Part shown: positions 27,310-35,428 of the stretch, piece by piece
How positions within the stretch are numbered: the stretch's first letter is position 1
How the letters are laid out: the number at the start of each line of letters is the position of its first letter
Source: a virus
Taxonomy: Duplodnaviria; Caudoviricetes
Strand: one strand, 5' to 3'
Length of the DNA: 41,834 nucleotides
Virus record (IMG/VR): IMGVR_UViG_3300020426_000010
Coordinates: 1-41,834 of that record
Notes under the pieces: generated by a model
Told to the model about the DNA's origin: nothing
Database searches by the model: none
What the model saw: only the letters and a program-made list of their open reading frames with translations
Program-made: the position numbers and the translations under genes

Positions 27310-27620
27310 CAGGCCTCCTTGACCGTAATCGCCTCAAGCTCGACGAGCAGCTGCTCGTCCCGATGCTCGACGCACCCGACCTCCAACTGCATCAGCACAT
27401 AGCCCGGCAAGCGAACGCTATACTCGTCGAGCTGCTCGACCCATTGCTGAGCCGGCAACCCGATGACGCCAACGGTCAACCGATGCGCGCCACCTGTAAA
27501 CATCACCGCGTCATAGGCACCGCTGCGCTCGGCCATCCAGGTCAGGCGACACCCGGCCGCCTCGGCCGACCGTTCAAGCCTATCCTTCAGCCGATCACCG
27601 GCGACCAGGTAATGCGTCAT
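27309..27620 (-). CDS. Hypothetical protein (103 aa)
   Basis: Start MTHYLVAG overlaps DUF3164 stop (ATGA); stop overlaps HNH start. Confidence 0.65.
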   Translation of the reverse strand: MTHYLVAGDRLKDRLERSAEAAGCRLTWMAERSGAYDAVMFTGGAHRLTVGVIGLPAQQWVEQLDEYSVRLPGYVLMQLEVGCVEHRDEQLLVELEAITVKEA

Positions 27621-28267
27621 GCGGCCGACACGTCGATCGTGATCGCCCGCCATGCCGCCTGCGCATCGTCGCGCTGGTACATCCGAATGTAGCGCTTCGA
27701 TCCGACGACGCGGAAACTGTCGCGTATGGCCTGCATCGCGTTCAACCAGCGCGGATCTGTGATCTCCAGCCGCAACAGGGAGAACAGATCATTGCGGTTG
27801 ATCCGCCCTTGGCTATCGACGTTGAACGCGCGGTTGATGATCGCCTGGATCTCGGTGCGGCTATCGGTCGACCATTCGCGCAGACATTCGTCGACGATGC
27901 CTTTCGCCACTTGCAGCTCCGGCCCGAACTCGATGCTCTCAGCGACGGCCACGATGACCTTGTACAGCCCGTCATAGCTGGTGAAGGTCATATTGCCCTT
28001 CGACCCGCCGCGCTTGGACTGATATTCCTGCTCCAGCAGGGCGACGAACGCATCGACATCGTCGAAACTATGTTGCCTGAAACGTGCCACCTTGGCGGAC
28101 AGCGGGAGCGCAAAGCCGACGATCCGGCGGACCATCTCATCCTGCAGCTTGTCGGCGGTCTTGACGGCCGCGTCGGGGATCAGCCCGCCATCGGCATTGC
28201 ACCAATAGAGCGAACCGTCGATGTCGCGCTGACCCGGCGGTACGCCACCAGCAGTCGCGTCGCTCAT
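27617..28267 (-). CDS. DUF3164 family protein (typical of Mu-like phages)
   Basis: YWCNADGGLIP..DKLQDEMV, GGSKGNMTFTSYDG, FGPELQVAK, SKRYIRMY. Confidence 0.88.
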   Translation of the reverse strand: MSDATAGGVPPGQRDIDGSLYWCNADGGLIPDAAVKTADKLQDEMVRRIVGFALPLSAKVARFRQHSFDDVDAFVALLEQEYQSKRGGSKGNMTFTSYDGLYKVIVAVAESIEFGPELQVAKGIVDECLREWSTDSRTEIQAIINRAFNVDSQGRINRNDLFSLLRLEITDPRWLNAMQAIRDSFRVVGSKRYIRMYQRDDAQAAWRAITIDVSAA

Positions 28268-28437
28268 GACAACCGATCCCTGACCACACGCTCAAAGGCT
28301 TCGCTGGCCTTGCTGGCCGCCTGGGCGGCCTTCAGCTCGGCAAGGATGCCGCGCAGGCAGCGCTTGGTGATCGGCGCTTGTTCGCCCCCGTCGCCCTCGA
28401 TCGCGCGCTCCAGCACCTTGAAATCGATATTGCTCAT
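28264..28437 (-). CDS. 57-aa hypothetical protein (MSNIDFKVLERAIE..VRDRLS)
   Basis: Manual translation, GGAG RBS, ATGA coupling to DUF3164. Confidence 0.65.
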   Translation of the reverse strand: MSNIDFKVLERAIEGDGGEQAPITKRCLRGILAELKAAQAASKASEAFERVVRDRLS

Positions 28438-28449
28438 GGGCCGCTCCGA

Positions 28450-28746
28450 TCAGTACAGGGCAGACGAACGACGCCCGTCCGTTTCAAAGTAAAGTGGCGC
28501 GGCCGTCGCGGGCCGTTCGCCCCGGAACGGGGACAATATGGCGGCGACGATCCGCTGCGCGCGCTCCTCGGCGCGGTCGAAGTCGGACGTCTCGAAACGG
28601 GTCGCCAGTCGCAGGTCGCCGATCAGTCGGTCGAAATCATCACGCGGATTTTCGAGCGCATCGGCAAGGCCTGCAGGGGTGGTGCGGGATGGGGCGCGGC
28701 GCGAAGGGCGCGGCGCAGATCCTGCGACTGGCGGAGACAGGGCCAT
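28450..28746 (-). CDS. Hypothetical protein, first gene of the late operon (98 aa)
   Basis: ATG 28746 after AGGAG. Confidence 0.6.
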   Translation of the reverse strand: MALSPPVAGSAPRPSRRAPSRTTPAGLADALENPRDDFDRLIGDLRLATRFETSDFDRAEERAQRIVAAILSPFRGERPATAAPLYFETDGRRSSALY

Positions 28747-28771
28747 TGGGGACGGCTCCTGAAACGGAGGG

Positions 28772-28810
28772 AAAACGAAAAACCCGCCGCTCCTTTTCGG
28801 GAGGGCGGGT
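28772..28810 (-). terminator. Leader terminator at start of late operon
   Basis: Minus strand ACCCGCC-CTCCCGAAAAGGAGC-GGCGGGT-TTTTCGTTTT. Confidence 0.75.
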
Positions 28811-28863
28811 GACTGCGGGCGCAGCTGTTGCGGGGTCGTATGTGGCAGTTGCGTGGCCATTTG

Positions 28864-28891
28864 GGGAGGCCCGTTTTCGTAACGGTCGCTG
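28864..28891 (-). promoter_or_regulatory. 28-bp regulatory motif, copy 1 (late promoter/operator)
   Basis: GGGAGGCCCGTTTTCGTAACGGTCGCTG, 25/28 identical to 29593..29620; contains CCGTT-N5-AACGG palindrome. Confidence 0.7.
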
Positions 28892-28896
28892 ATCCC

Positions 28897-29529
28897 CTAC
28901 AAAATCGCCGCCTGCGCCGCCGCCAGATCCGCCGGTGTCACCTCGTTCCGCACGCTGCGATGGCAGGCGGCCCACAAATTCAGCCCATCGGTTAGCAGAC
29001 GGCGCGCGCGCCGCACATGCATGGCGTGACTCGCGGCCGCGCGCGCGATGCCGATGTCATGCACCACGACGTCCAGGACCAGCGCGGCGTTCGGCCCCAT
29101 CTGCACCCGCCAGCGGGAATAGGCCATCTCGCTCCACACCGCGCCCAGCGCTTCATAGAAATCATGACCATGGCGGATGCTGTCCACCCGATCGCCCAGA
29201 TTGGCGGTGCGTACCGCGATGTCGGCCATGATCCGCTCGACGGCAGCGGCGATCTCCTCCGCCCAAGCCGCCTCGTCGTCGTTCAGATAGCCCGACGCAT
29301 GCAGCCGCGCGATCGCGCCGGCGCGGCGCTTGGCATGCGCCAGATGCGTCTCTGGCGTCCCCGCATTCTTGTGACCGAACTTGTCCAGCATCTCGGCCCG
29401 TGTTTTGCGGAATAGGCGCTCCTGCGCCGCGCGCGCTGGATGGCTCCGTGCCCAGCTGCGCAAATTCTGCTCCTGCGTCGGGGTGCGCTGCATCCCGCCA
29501 TCGAGCCGCGCGCTCTTCTTCCGTGCCAT
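28897..29529 (-). CDS. Putative late-gene regulator/antiterminator (DUF6456-like, C-terminal HTH)
   Basis: IARLHASGYL..AAW, LVLDVVVHDIGIARAA..ARRLLTDGLNLW; lies directly upstream of the packaging operon. Confidence 0.6.
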   Translation of the reverse strand: MARKKSARLDGGMQRTPTQEQNLRSWARSHPARAAQERLFRKTRAEMLDKFGHKNAGTPETHLAHAKRRAGAIARLHASGYLNDDEAAWAEEIAAAVERIMADIAVRTANLGDRVDSIRHGHDFYEALGAVWSEMAYSRWRVQMGPNAALVLDVVVHDIGIARAAASHAMHVRRARRLLTDGLNLWAACHRSVRNEVTPADLAAAQAAIL

Positions 29530-29592
29530 GATGCTGCAATCCCCGCCGCCGATCCCACCGAAATCGCACCATGCGCGCGCGCGCGCTTCTCC

Positions 29593-29620
29593 GGGAGGCC
29601 CGCTTTCGTAACGGCCGATG
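29593..29620 (-). promoter_or_regulatory. 28-bp regulatory motif, copy 2 (upstream of the regulator)
   Basis: GGGAGGCCCGCTTTCGTAACGGCCGATG. Confidence 0.7.
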
Positions 29621-29632
29621 CAGCGGCGCGCC

Positions 29633-29974
29633 CTACCGACCGCTCACCGTCAGCCGCCCGGCCTCGTCCATGTCGATCAGCGGCGTGCCCGGCGGGTTGA
29701 TGACATAGCCCTGCGCCTTCAACGCGCTCAGCACCGCGTCCTGATGGTTGATCGGCGACACGCCGCGCGCACCAGGTACGCGATCGACCAGGCCGTCGCG
29801 CTCCAGCTTACGGATCGCGTCCTGGACGCGCGACTTGTTGGTGTTGCACGCGGCGGCGATTTCACTCAGCGACGGATTGCCGCCGTGCGCACTGCAATAT
29901 TGGCGAATAAAGTCGAGCACCTGATATTTGCGGCTCGCCATATCCGGCGTCAGCCGGATCGCCTCTATCGTCAT
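29633..29974 (-). CDS. LexA DNA-binding-domain-only protein (113 aa, no peptidase domain)
   Basis: RKYQVLDFIRQYCSAHGGNPSLSEIAAA..VQDAIRKLERDGLVDRVPGARG matches the LexA wHTH; AGGAGG RBS. Confidence 0.8.
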   Translation of the reverse strand: MTIEAIRLTPDMASRKYQVLDFIRQYCSAHGGNPSLSEIAAACNTNKSRVQDAIRKLERDGLVDRVPGARGVSPINHQDAVLSALKAQGYVINPPGTPLIDMDEAGRLTVSGR

Positions 29975-29996
29975 GCCCACGGCCTCCTGCTCCTTG

Positions 29997-30011
29997 GAAC
30001 ATAGGGGGAAA
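29997..30011. promoter_or_regulatory. Near-consensus alphaproteobacterial SOS box GAAC-N7-GAAA
   Basis: GAACATAGGGGGAAA just upstream of the LexA-like gene. Confidence 0.55.
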
Positions 30012-30032
30012 ACCGGAAAAAAGCCAGAAACC

Positions 30033-30287
30033 TCACCGCCGCGGCAGCGCCGTATCGCCCAGCGCGCGCGTCGGCCCCACGCGCCCCACGGGCTTGCGGC
30101 AACGGCGACACACCAGCTTGCCATAGACGATGACTATGCCCAGGCCCCAGCCCCGGCTGCGGAAATAGGCGGCCAGCTTGTGGGCGTCGAACGTCGCCGT
30201 CCGGCTGCAATGATAGCAGCGCGCATAAATGTTCGCGTCCCGCTTCGTATAGTCGTCCAGCGAATCCCATCTCAGATTATGACCCAT
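30033..30287 (-). CDS. 84-aa zinc-finger protein (CxxC..CxxC), SOS-controlled
   Basis: ARCYHC and VCRRC; ATG 4 nt from the SOS box. Confidence 0.65.
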   Translation of the reverse strand: MGHNLRWDSLDDYTKRDANIYARCYHCSRTATFDAHKLAAYFRSRGWGLGIVIVYGKLVCRRCRKPVGRVGPTRALGDTALPRR

Positions 30288-30291
30288 GCGG

Positions 30292-30306
30292 GAACATTTG
30301 CAGAAC
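30292..30306. promoter_or_regulatory. Consensus alphaproteobacterial LexA box GAAC-N7-GAAC
   Basis: GAACATTTGCAGAAC between divergent Zn-finger and SRAP genes. Confidence 0.8.
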
Positions 30307-30367
30307 ATCGCCGCAGTCGGTCAAGCGCGCAATTGACTTCCCGCCCGCCGCCGGTCAGCCTGCAGCC

Positions 30368-31024
30368 ATGTGCAATCGGGCAGAACGTGGCGAAACCGAC
30401 CGGGTCTTGAACCTGTTCAAGGCGCGGCCTGGCGCGCGCTTCAATGAAGGCCCGTTGCAGGTCCACCCCAAATATCCCGGCTCCGTCATCCGCCTGGAGG
30501 ATGGCGAGCGGATCCTCGAACAGATGACCTGGGGCTTTCCGCTGGTGCAAAAGAGCCGCAAGACCGGCAAACCGTTGAAGCCCAAGCCGGTGAACAACGC
30601 CCGCTTCGACAAGCTCGACAGTTTCTTCTGGAAACGCACCGCGGCGGATCCGCGCCAGCGCTGCCTCATCCCCACCGCGCGCTATGCAGAAGCAGTCGGG
30701 CGGGACGGCGCGATGACCGAAACATGGCTGTCGGTAAAGGATCAGCCCATCTTCGCCTGGGCGGGCCTATGGTCCACCAGCGACGAATGGGGCGCGGTCT
30801 ACACCGGGGTCATGACCGACAATGCGCCCGAACTGGCCTATATCCATGATCGATCGCCCGTCATCATCGACCCCGAATATTGGGATGACTGGCTGCATCT
30901 GCCGTTGGAGGAGCTGAAGCGCTTCGACCGCCCCTACCCCGCCGATCGTCTGCACATCGATGCAACCGACGCGCCTTGGTACCGCAAGGCCGGGGACAGC
31001 GGTTCGGCCCCGGCCCTGCTCTAA
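30368..31024 (+). CDS. SOS response-associated peptidase (SRAP/YedK/HMCES)
   Basis: N-terminal MCN, MTWGF, NNAR, RCLIP..YAE, FAWAGLW, IHDRSPVII. Confidence 0.93.
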   Translation: MCNRAERGETDRVLNLFKARPGARFNEGPLQVHPKYPGSVIRLEDGERILEQMTWGFPLVQKSRKTGKPLKPKPVNNARFDKLDSFFWKRTAADPRQRCLIPTARYAEAVGRDGAMTETWLSVKDQPIFAWAGLWSTSDEWGAVYTGVMTDNAPELAYIHDRSPVIIDPEYWDDWLHLPLEELKRFDRPYPADRLHIDATDAPWYRKAGDSGSAPALL

Positions 31025-31182
31025 AAGTCCAGGTTGCGCGCTTCCATCGCCGCAAGCGCGGCCAGTTCGCGCGGCGTGGGATGCTCCGGATCCGGCGCGT
31101 TCAGCCAGATCGCGACGACGTCGTCGTCGGAGAGGTCGGCGATTTGATCGTCAGGTTCGCGACCCATCTGCGCTTGGTCCAT
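31021..31182 (-). CDS. 53-aa acidic protein (MDQAQMGREPDDQIADLSDDDVVAIW..MEARNLDF)
   Basis: Manual translation; stop overlaps SRAP stop. Confidence 0.6.
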   Translation of the reverse strand: MDQAQMGREPDDQIADLSDDDVVAIWLNAPDPEHPTPRELAALAAMEARNLDF

Positions 31183-31193
31183 GGGGCTACCCA

Positions 31194-31694
31194 TCATCCA
31201 CCCCCTCTCATCACGACCAAAATGCCAATCACGGCCAAAATCGCGAAAGGTATGAAGATCGACGAAACAAGCAACTTGTTACGCGCCGCCTCACGCGCAA
31301 GCTCATCAGGATCGGGCGGAATATAGGCGGCTTGAGGTGTCTCCGGCTCAGCCATAGCCGTTTCGAACGGCACGATCGGCGCGCTCTGTGGTGCTAGCGC
31401 TCGCGCATCGCCGCTACCGATGAAGCCGATAGCAGCCAGTCGCTCCTCTATCTGGCCAACCGCTGCAAACAGGACGCCCGCCAGAAACAGCACGCACCCT
31501 CCCTGGAAAACCAGTTCGCGCAATTGAGCGCGGGGAAGGTTATGGATCTCCGAATAGGTGCCCGTGCCGATCATGCCCCCATAATCGCTAAGGCTGCGCA
31601 TATTCTCGGTGCTGACAGTGGACGACATTATGAACAGCGCGATAGTCGCGATCAGTGCGCCGGCGATAATGAGCGCGATCCCCCAATTCTTCAT
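31194..31694 (-). CDS. Membrane protein (3 TM), lysogeny-expressed moron candidate
   Basis: MKNWGIALIIAGALIATIALFI.. and two more hydrophobic segments; GAGGAGG RBS. Confidence 0.7.
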   Translation of the reverse strand: MKNWGIALIIAGALIATIALFIMSSTVSTENMRSLSDYGGMIGTGTYSEIHNLPRAQLRELVFQGGCVLFLAGVLFAAVGQIEERLAAIGFIGSGDARALAPQSAPIVPFETAMAEPETPQAAYIPPDPDELAREAARNKLLVSSIFIPFAILAVIGILVVMRGGG

Positions 31695-31704
31695 TACGCC
31701 CTCC

Positions 31705-32088
31705 TCACGAAACGGGATTGCCCAAACACGCTCGCCATGGTGCGTGCGCTTTCTCAATGTTCTTAGGTGGGCGCCCAATGCCGCGCACGCTTAGGATGGA
31801 TTTCTCACCATCGCGGGTTACGTCGGCTAACATGAAAACGGTGTTGCCAAACTGACCGTTGACCGACTGAACGATGGAAACGCCGTTTTTCAAGGGGGTA
31901 CTTGTAACCAACACACCGGGGCCGGACTGCATCAATGCAACGACGCAACCTGCAACCTCATCTACCGAACGGCCGCTTTCGCCTTCAAATAATACCGGCT
32001 TTGATTGAACGTCTTTGACCGACATGCAGCCGGATAGCGACAAGCCCGCGCATGTCATGCCGATCACCAGGCCAAATAAGAATTTCAT
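31705..32088 (-). CDS. Lipoprotein downstream of cI (superinfection-exclusion candidate)
   Basis: Signal peptide with lipobox LSGC; ATGA overlap with cI stop. Confidence 0.72.
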   Translation of the reverse strand: MKFLFGLVIGMTCAGLSLSGCMSVKDVQSKPVLFEGESGRSVDEVAGCVVALMQSGPGVLVTSTPLKNGVSIVQSVNGQFGNTVFMLADVTRDGEKSILSVRGIGRPPKNIEKAHAPWRACLGNPVS

Positions 32089-32489
32089 CCGTCTTCCCCC
32101 TTAAATTCGGATTGCCGCTCATGCAGGCCTACCGGCAATCCGGGATGATAGAACTGCATTCTCTGATCGGTAGTTGAGCGACCAGAAAGTCGCAGGGTTA
32201 GCGACAAGATCGTGTCCTGGTCCTCAAGTTCGAGAAGCCGGAAAAACTGGAGCAGGACTGATTCGCGATCTGGCAGCAGTTCTCCCCCTCGCCGACCGGT
32301 CACAACGTACAAAATATCGACACCTGCCGTCGCCAAAAGCGCCAATTGCTCAGCTTTTAAGCCTACTCCACCCTTTTCCCACTCGCTAAGCTGGCTTTGA
32401 CGAACGCCAAGTTTCGCTGCAAAATCAGCCTGTTTCGGTGTGAGCCGAACGCGCTCCTCCCTGAGCCGATGATGAAAATGTTCGCCCAT
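32085..32489 (-). CDS. Prophage repressor CI, XRE HTH, no S24 autocleavage domain
   Basis: RLREERVRL..QADFAAKLGVRQSQLSEWEKG..GVDILYVVTG; divergent from Ner-like gene. Confidence 0.88.
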   Translation of the reverse strand: MGEHFHHRLREERVRLTPKQADFAAKLGVRQSQLSEWEKGGVGLKAEQLALLATAGVDILYVVTGRRGGELLPDRESVLLQFFRLLELEDQDTILSLTLRLSGRSTTDQRMQFYHPGLPVGLHERQSEFKGEDG

Positions 32490-32535
32490 TCCGAAATTAC
32501 ATTGACCTTCTTCGGGAAATCCGAAATATTGCACC
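32481..32535. promoter_or_regulatory. Genetic-switch region: operators TTCG-N7-CGAA (32481..32495, 32511..32525) overlapping a rightward -35 TTGACC
   Basis: TTCGCCCATTCCGAA and TTCGGGAAATCCGAA, 30 bp apart. Confidence 0.65.
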
Positions 32536-32566
32536 ATAGTTCCACAGCCTAGGTGCATCGCACATC

Positions 32567-32839
32567 ATGACCGAGTCTCCAACTGCCTCCGCTTTGCGGA
32601 GCGACGATGCGCGCGGCTTTTCGCCGCAGGCCGTCGCTCAGGCAAAAGCCCGGCTGACCGCGCAGGGGGTAAGCTATGCGCAGTGGGCGGACGACCATGG
32701 TTTCAACCGTCGCTTGGTCTATGAGGTACTGGCTGGTCGCCGCGCCTGCCTGCGCGGCACCTCGCACCGCGTCGCCGTTGCGCTGGGTCTGAAAGACCCA
32801 CGCCCAGCCGCAGATCATCTCGAAGGCGTCCGGCCATGA
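32567..32839 (+). CDS. Ner/Cro-like DNA-binding protein (BcepMu gp16-like)
   Basis: GVSYAQWADDHGFNRRLVYEVLAGRRACLRGTSHRVAVALGLK. Confidence 0.88.
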   Translation: MTESPTASALRSDDARGFSPQAVAQAKARLTAQGVSYAQWADDHGFNRRLVYEVLAGRRACLRGTSHRVAVALGLKDPRPAADHLEGVRP

Positions 32840-33138
32840 GAACAGTGCATTTTCCATGCCTCCGCGCTATCGCGCATGCACCCCACCGTATCGGGCAAAG
32901 CGCCCTCGCTTCCGCCCACACCCTCACCCCCGGCTCCCGTACTGCACGACCCTTTGCCGGGAAAACTGCCGCCACCGGATCGACCGTGAATAGCCGCCCG
33001 GTGGCGGTCCCTTATTTCAAACAGGGGCGCGCCGGCCGTCCTGGACCTGTCGCAGCCTGGCCGGGCGCGCGGGTCCACCCCTGCCTTCGGGTCGCACCAA
33101 AGCGGGAAGCCGGACCAATCATGGGGAAGGCCGCATGA
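32836..33138 (+). CDS. Hypothetical low-complexity ORF, hairpin-rich
   Basis: ATGA-coupled at both ends but protein looks unstructured. Confidence 0.4.
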   Translation: MRTVHFPCLRAIAHAPHRIGQSALASAHTLTPGSRTARPFAGKTAATGSTVNSRPVAVPYFKQGRAGRPGPVAAWPGARVHPCLRVAPKREAGPIMGKAA

Positions 33139-33611
33139 CGCTGCGTCGCGCCCCTCTGTCGATCGACGCTGCACTGGCGCGGATCGCGGGCCAGTTGCCC
33201 GGTGACTGGGCGCGTATGGCCGAATTGACCAACTATCAGGAACGCACCGTCCGCAAATGGGGGGCGTTCGAAGCTGCCAGCGACGAAGGCGAGGCGCGTG
33301 ATATTCCCATGCGCGCAGCAATCGCGCTGGACATCGAATATCGGCGACTGGGCGGAACCGGCGCGCCGATCTTCGAAGCCTATGGCCTGCTCGTGGAAGC
33401 CGCAGACGCTGATGCTTTTGCCTGCCAGCAGGAGCTGCACCGCGAAACGATCGCCTTCATGAGGGAAAATAGCGAGGCGGAAACCGCCCTGCTCGAACTG
33501 ACGCAACCCGGCGCTGGCCCTCTTGAGGAAGCCAAAGCCCAGGCCGAAGTCCTGCACGTCGTTCAGAAGGGACAGGAAATCCTCACCCGTCTCGGCCGCA
33601 AGCCACCCTAA
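33135..33611 (+). CDS. CII-like phage regulatory protein
   Basis: HTH-like (ERTVRKW), IPMRAAIALD, helical C-terminus; position after ner. Confidence 0.6.
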   Translation: MTLRRAPLSIDAALARIAGQLPGDWARMAELTNYQERTVRKWGAFEAASDEGEARDIPMRAAIALDIEYRRLGGTGAPIFEAYGLLVEAADADAFACQQELHRETIAFMRENSEAETALLELTQPGAGPLEEAKAQAEVLHVVQKGQEILTRLGRKPP

Positions 33612-33733
33612 ACGCCGGCATGGGGACGCCCGCGCCAGACGCGTGCGCCAATCAAGACTCGATCAAGAAACCCGCCAGTCTGTCGCGCCGCCCGCGCTTC
33701 CGGACAGGCTTTCCTGCTGCCCGGAGAATATCG

Positions 33734-34159
33734 ATGATGAGGCCCGGCACCTATCTGCAAAAGCGACGCATCGCCGCAGGTCTCTCGATCATGGACCTGG
33801 CCGCGATGGTTCACACCAACCCGCGCCTGGGTGGGATCGACAAGGTCGCCTGGATCGAACGCATCGAGAAGGACATCGCCGCGCTCAGTCCCGACGTCAT
33901 CGCCACCTTGGCGGACGCCTTTCGTTTTTCGCGCACTGTTCTGCTGCAGCTCATCACCATTCGCAGCTTCGGTCCCGACGCGATCGATCCCGAACCGCGC
34001 ATCTGCATGATGTGCGGTTGCACGGAAATGGACCCCTGCTGCGCGGCTGACCGGACGCAAAACTGCGCCTGGCACAGCGACGATCTCTGCACCTTCTGCC
34101 TCACCCCTGATCCCGCTCTGGTGGCGGTATCGACGCAAGGATTTCGCCATGCGGCATGA
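33734..34159 (+). CDS. XRE-like HTH protein with C-terminal Cys cluster
   Basis: YLQKRRIAAGLSIMDLA..IERIE; RICMMCGCTEMDPC..CAWHSDDLCTFC; GGAG RBS. Confidence 0.72.
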   Translation: MMRPGTYLQKRRIAAGLSIMDLAAMVHTNPRLGGIDKVAWIERIEKDIAALSPDVIATLADAFRFSRTVLLQLITIRSFGPDAIDPEPRICMMCGCTEMDPCCAADRTQNCAWHSDDLCTFCLTPDPALVAVSTQGFRHAA

Positions 34160-34340
34160 CCCCATCCACACCATGCAGTGCCGCTGCGATCGCTGCACGC
34201 CCCTCGCCGCAACGCCCCTGGTCGAGCCGGAAGATATCGACGCCATCCGCAAGGGTGTGGCTGCCGCCCTGTTCGTCAGCGGCATCCTCGCCGCGCGCAA
34301 ATATGCGCCCACCATCCTCGACTGGATCGCCAGCTCATGA
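34149..34340 (+). CDS. 63-aa protein with CxCxxC and TM segment
   Basis: QCRCDRC; coupled to neighbours. Confidence 0.55.
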   Translation: MRHDPIHTMQCRCDRCTPLAATPLVEPEDIDAIRKGVAAALFVSGILAARKYAPTILDWIASS

Positions 34341-34609
34341 GCGCGCCCCTTTCTCAAGAAGAGATTGCGGCTGTCGCGACCGTGCGCGACGCCGTGTCGA
34401 TCGCGGTGATGGAAACCACCAGCGCCATCATAACCCCCTTCGTCCACGATCCCGCCGTCAGCGCTGCGGCGCTGATGCTTGGCATTGCCCAGTCGCATGT
34501 CGACGGTCTCGCCTCGGCGCTCGGCACGCTCGATCCTGCCACCCGCGACCCGCTGATCGCCTCGGTACCGGACCAACTCCGCACCATCATCGAAAGGGAC
34601 GGCCAATGA
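34337..34609 (+). CDS. Hypothetical protein
   Basis: ATGA coupling at both ends. Confidence 0.6.
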   Translation: MSAPLSQEEIAAVATVRDAVSIAVMETTSAIITPFVHDPAVSAAALMLGIAQSHVDGLASALGTLDPATRDPLIASVPDQLRTIIERDGQ

Positions 34610-34863
34610 CCAACGCCAGCTTCCGCGGCCAGCGGGTGATCATGCATGCCGACGCGCTCGGCGCAGCGGCCGGGCACATTGCCACCTTCGAAACCGCGAT
34701 CGCGACCGCCCGAGACGCGGTCAGGGCGCTGCGTGCCGATGGCTTCGAAACCCGTTTTCAATCGGGCTTCGGGTCAGTCGCCGACTTGCCGCCCATTCGA
34801 TTGACGGTCTCGCTGCGCATCGATGTCGATCTGCGGGCCGAACCTGCGGGAGACGACGCATGA
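34606..34863 (+). CDS. Hypothetical protein
   Basis: ATGA coupling at both ends. Confidence 0.6.
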   Translation: MTNASFRGQRVIMHADALGAAAGHIATFETAIATARDAVRALRADGFETRFQSGFGSVADLPPIRLTVSLRIDVDLRAEPAGDDA

Positions 34864-35105
34864 GCGGCGAACCCAATATCGCGGCCGACCAGCTGCGCCT
34901 CTATGTCGAGCGCATCGAACGGCTTGAGGAGGAAAAGAAGGGCATCGGCGACGACATCAAGGATGTCTATCTCGAAGCCAAATCGACCGGTTACGACAAT
35001 AAGGTCATGCGCAAGATCATCGGCCTGCGAAAGATGCAGCCGCATGATCGGCAGGAAATGGAGGCTATCCTCCAAACCTACCTCGCCGCCCTGGGGATGG
35101 AATGA
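34860..35105 (+). CDS. gapR: GapR/DUF2312 nucleoid-associated protein homolog
   Basis: [54 protein letters not shown]. Confidence 0.93.
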   Translation: MSGEPNIAADQLRLYVERIERLEEEKKGIGDDIKDVYLEAKSTGYDNKVMRKIIGLRKMQPHDRQEMEAILQTYLAALGME

Positions 35106-35428
35106 TGGGCGCGCACCACGCAATCGCAACCCAGGCGCAGGACACGCCCCATTTTCCGCCCATGCAAGAACCTCTGCTGGTCGACGAACGCGGCAACGCC
35201 TGGCTGCCCCACCCTTTTGCGCCGGGCATGCGGATCCTCGCCCCTTTGTGCGAGGGTCTGGCCGTCGCCTGGACACCGGCCAGCATGACCCATGTCGTGC
35301 TGACACTATGGGGCGGCAATCCCGACAATCCGAGCGATGAGTCGATCGGCGCGCTGCTCAGCCGCCCCGGCCTCAAGCGCCTGATCGCGGATCTCCAGTC
35401 TATCGACCGGCAGATGGACGGCGCGTAG
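35102..35428 (+). CDS. Hypothetical protein
   Basis: ATGA coupling to gapR. Confidence 0.6.
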   Translation: MMGAHHAIATQAQDTPHFPPMQEPLLVDERGNAWLPHPFAPGMRILAPLCEGLAVAWTPASMTHVVLTLWGGNPDNPSDESIGALLSRPGLKRLIADLQSIDRQMDGA

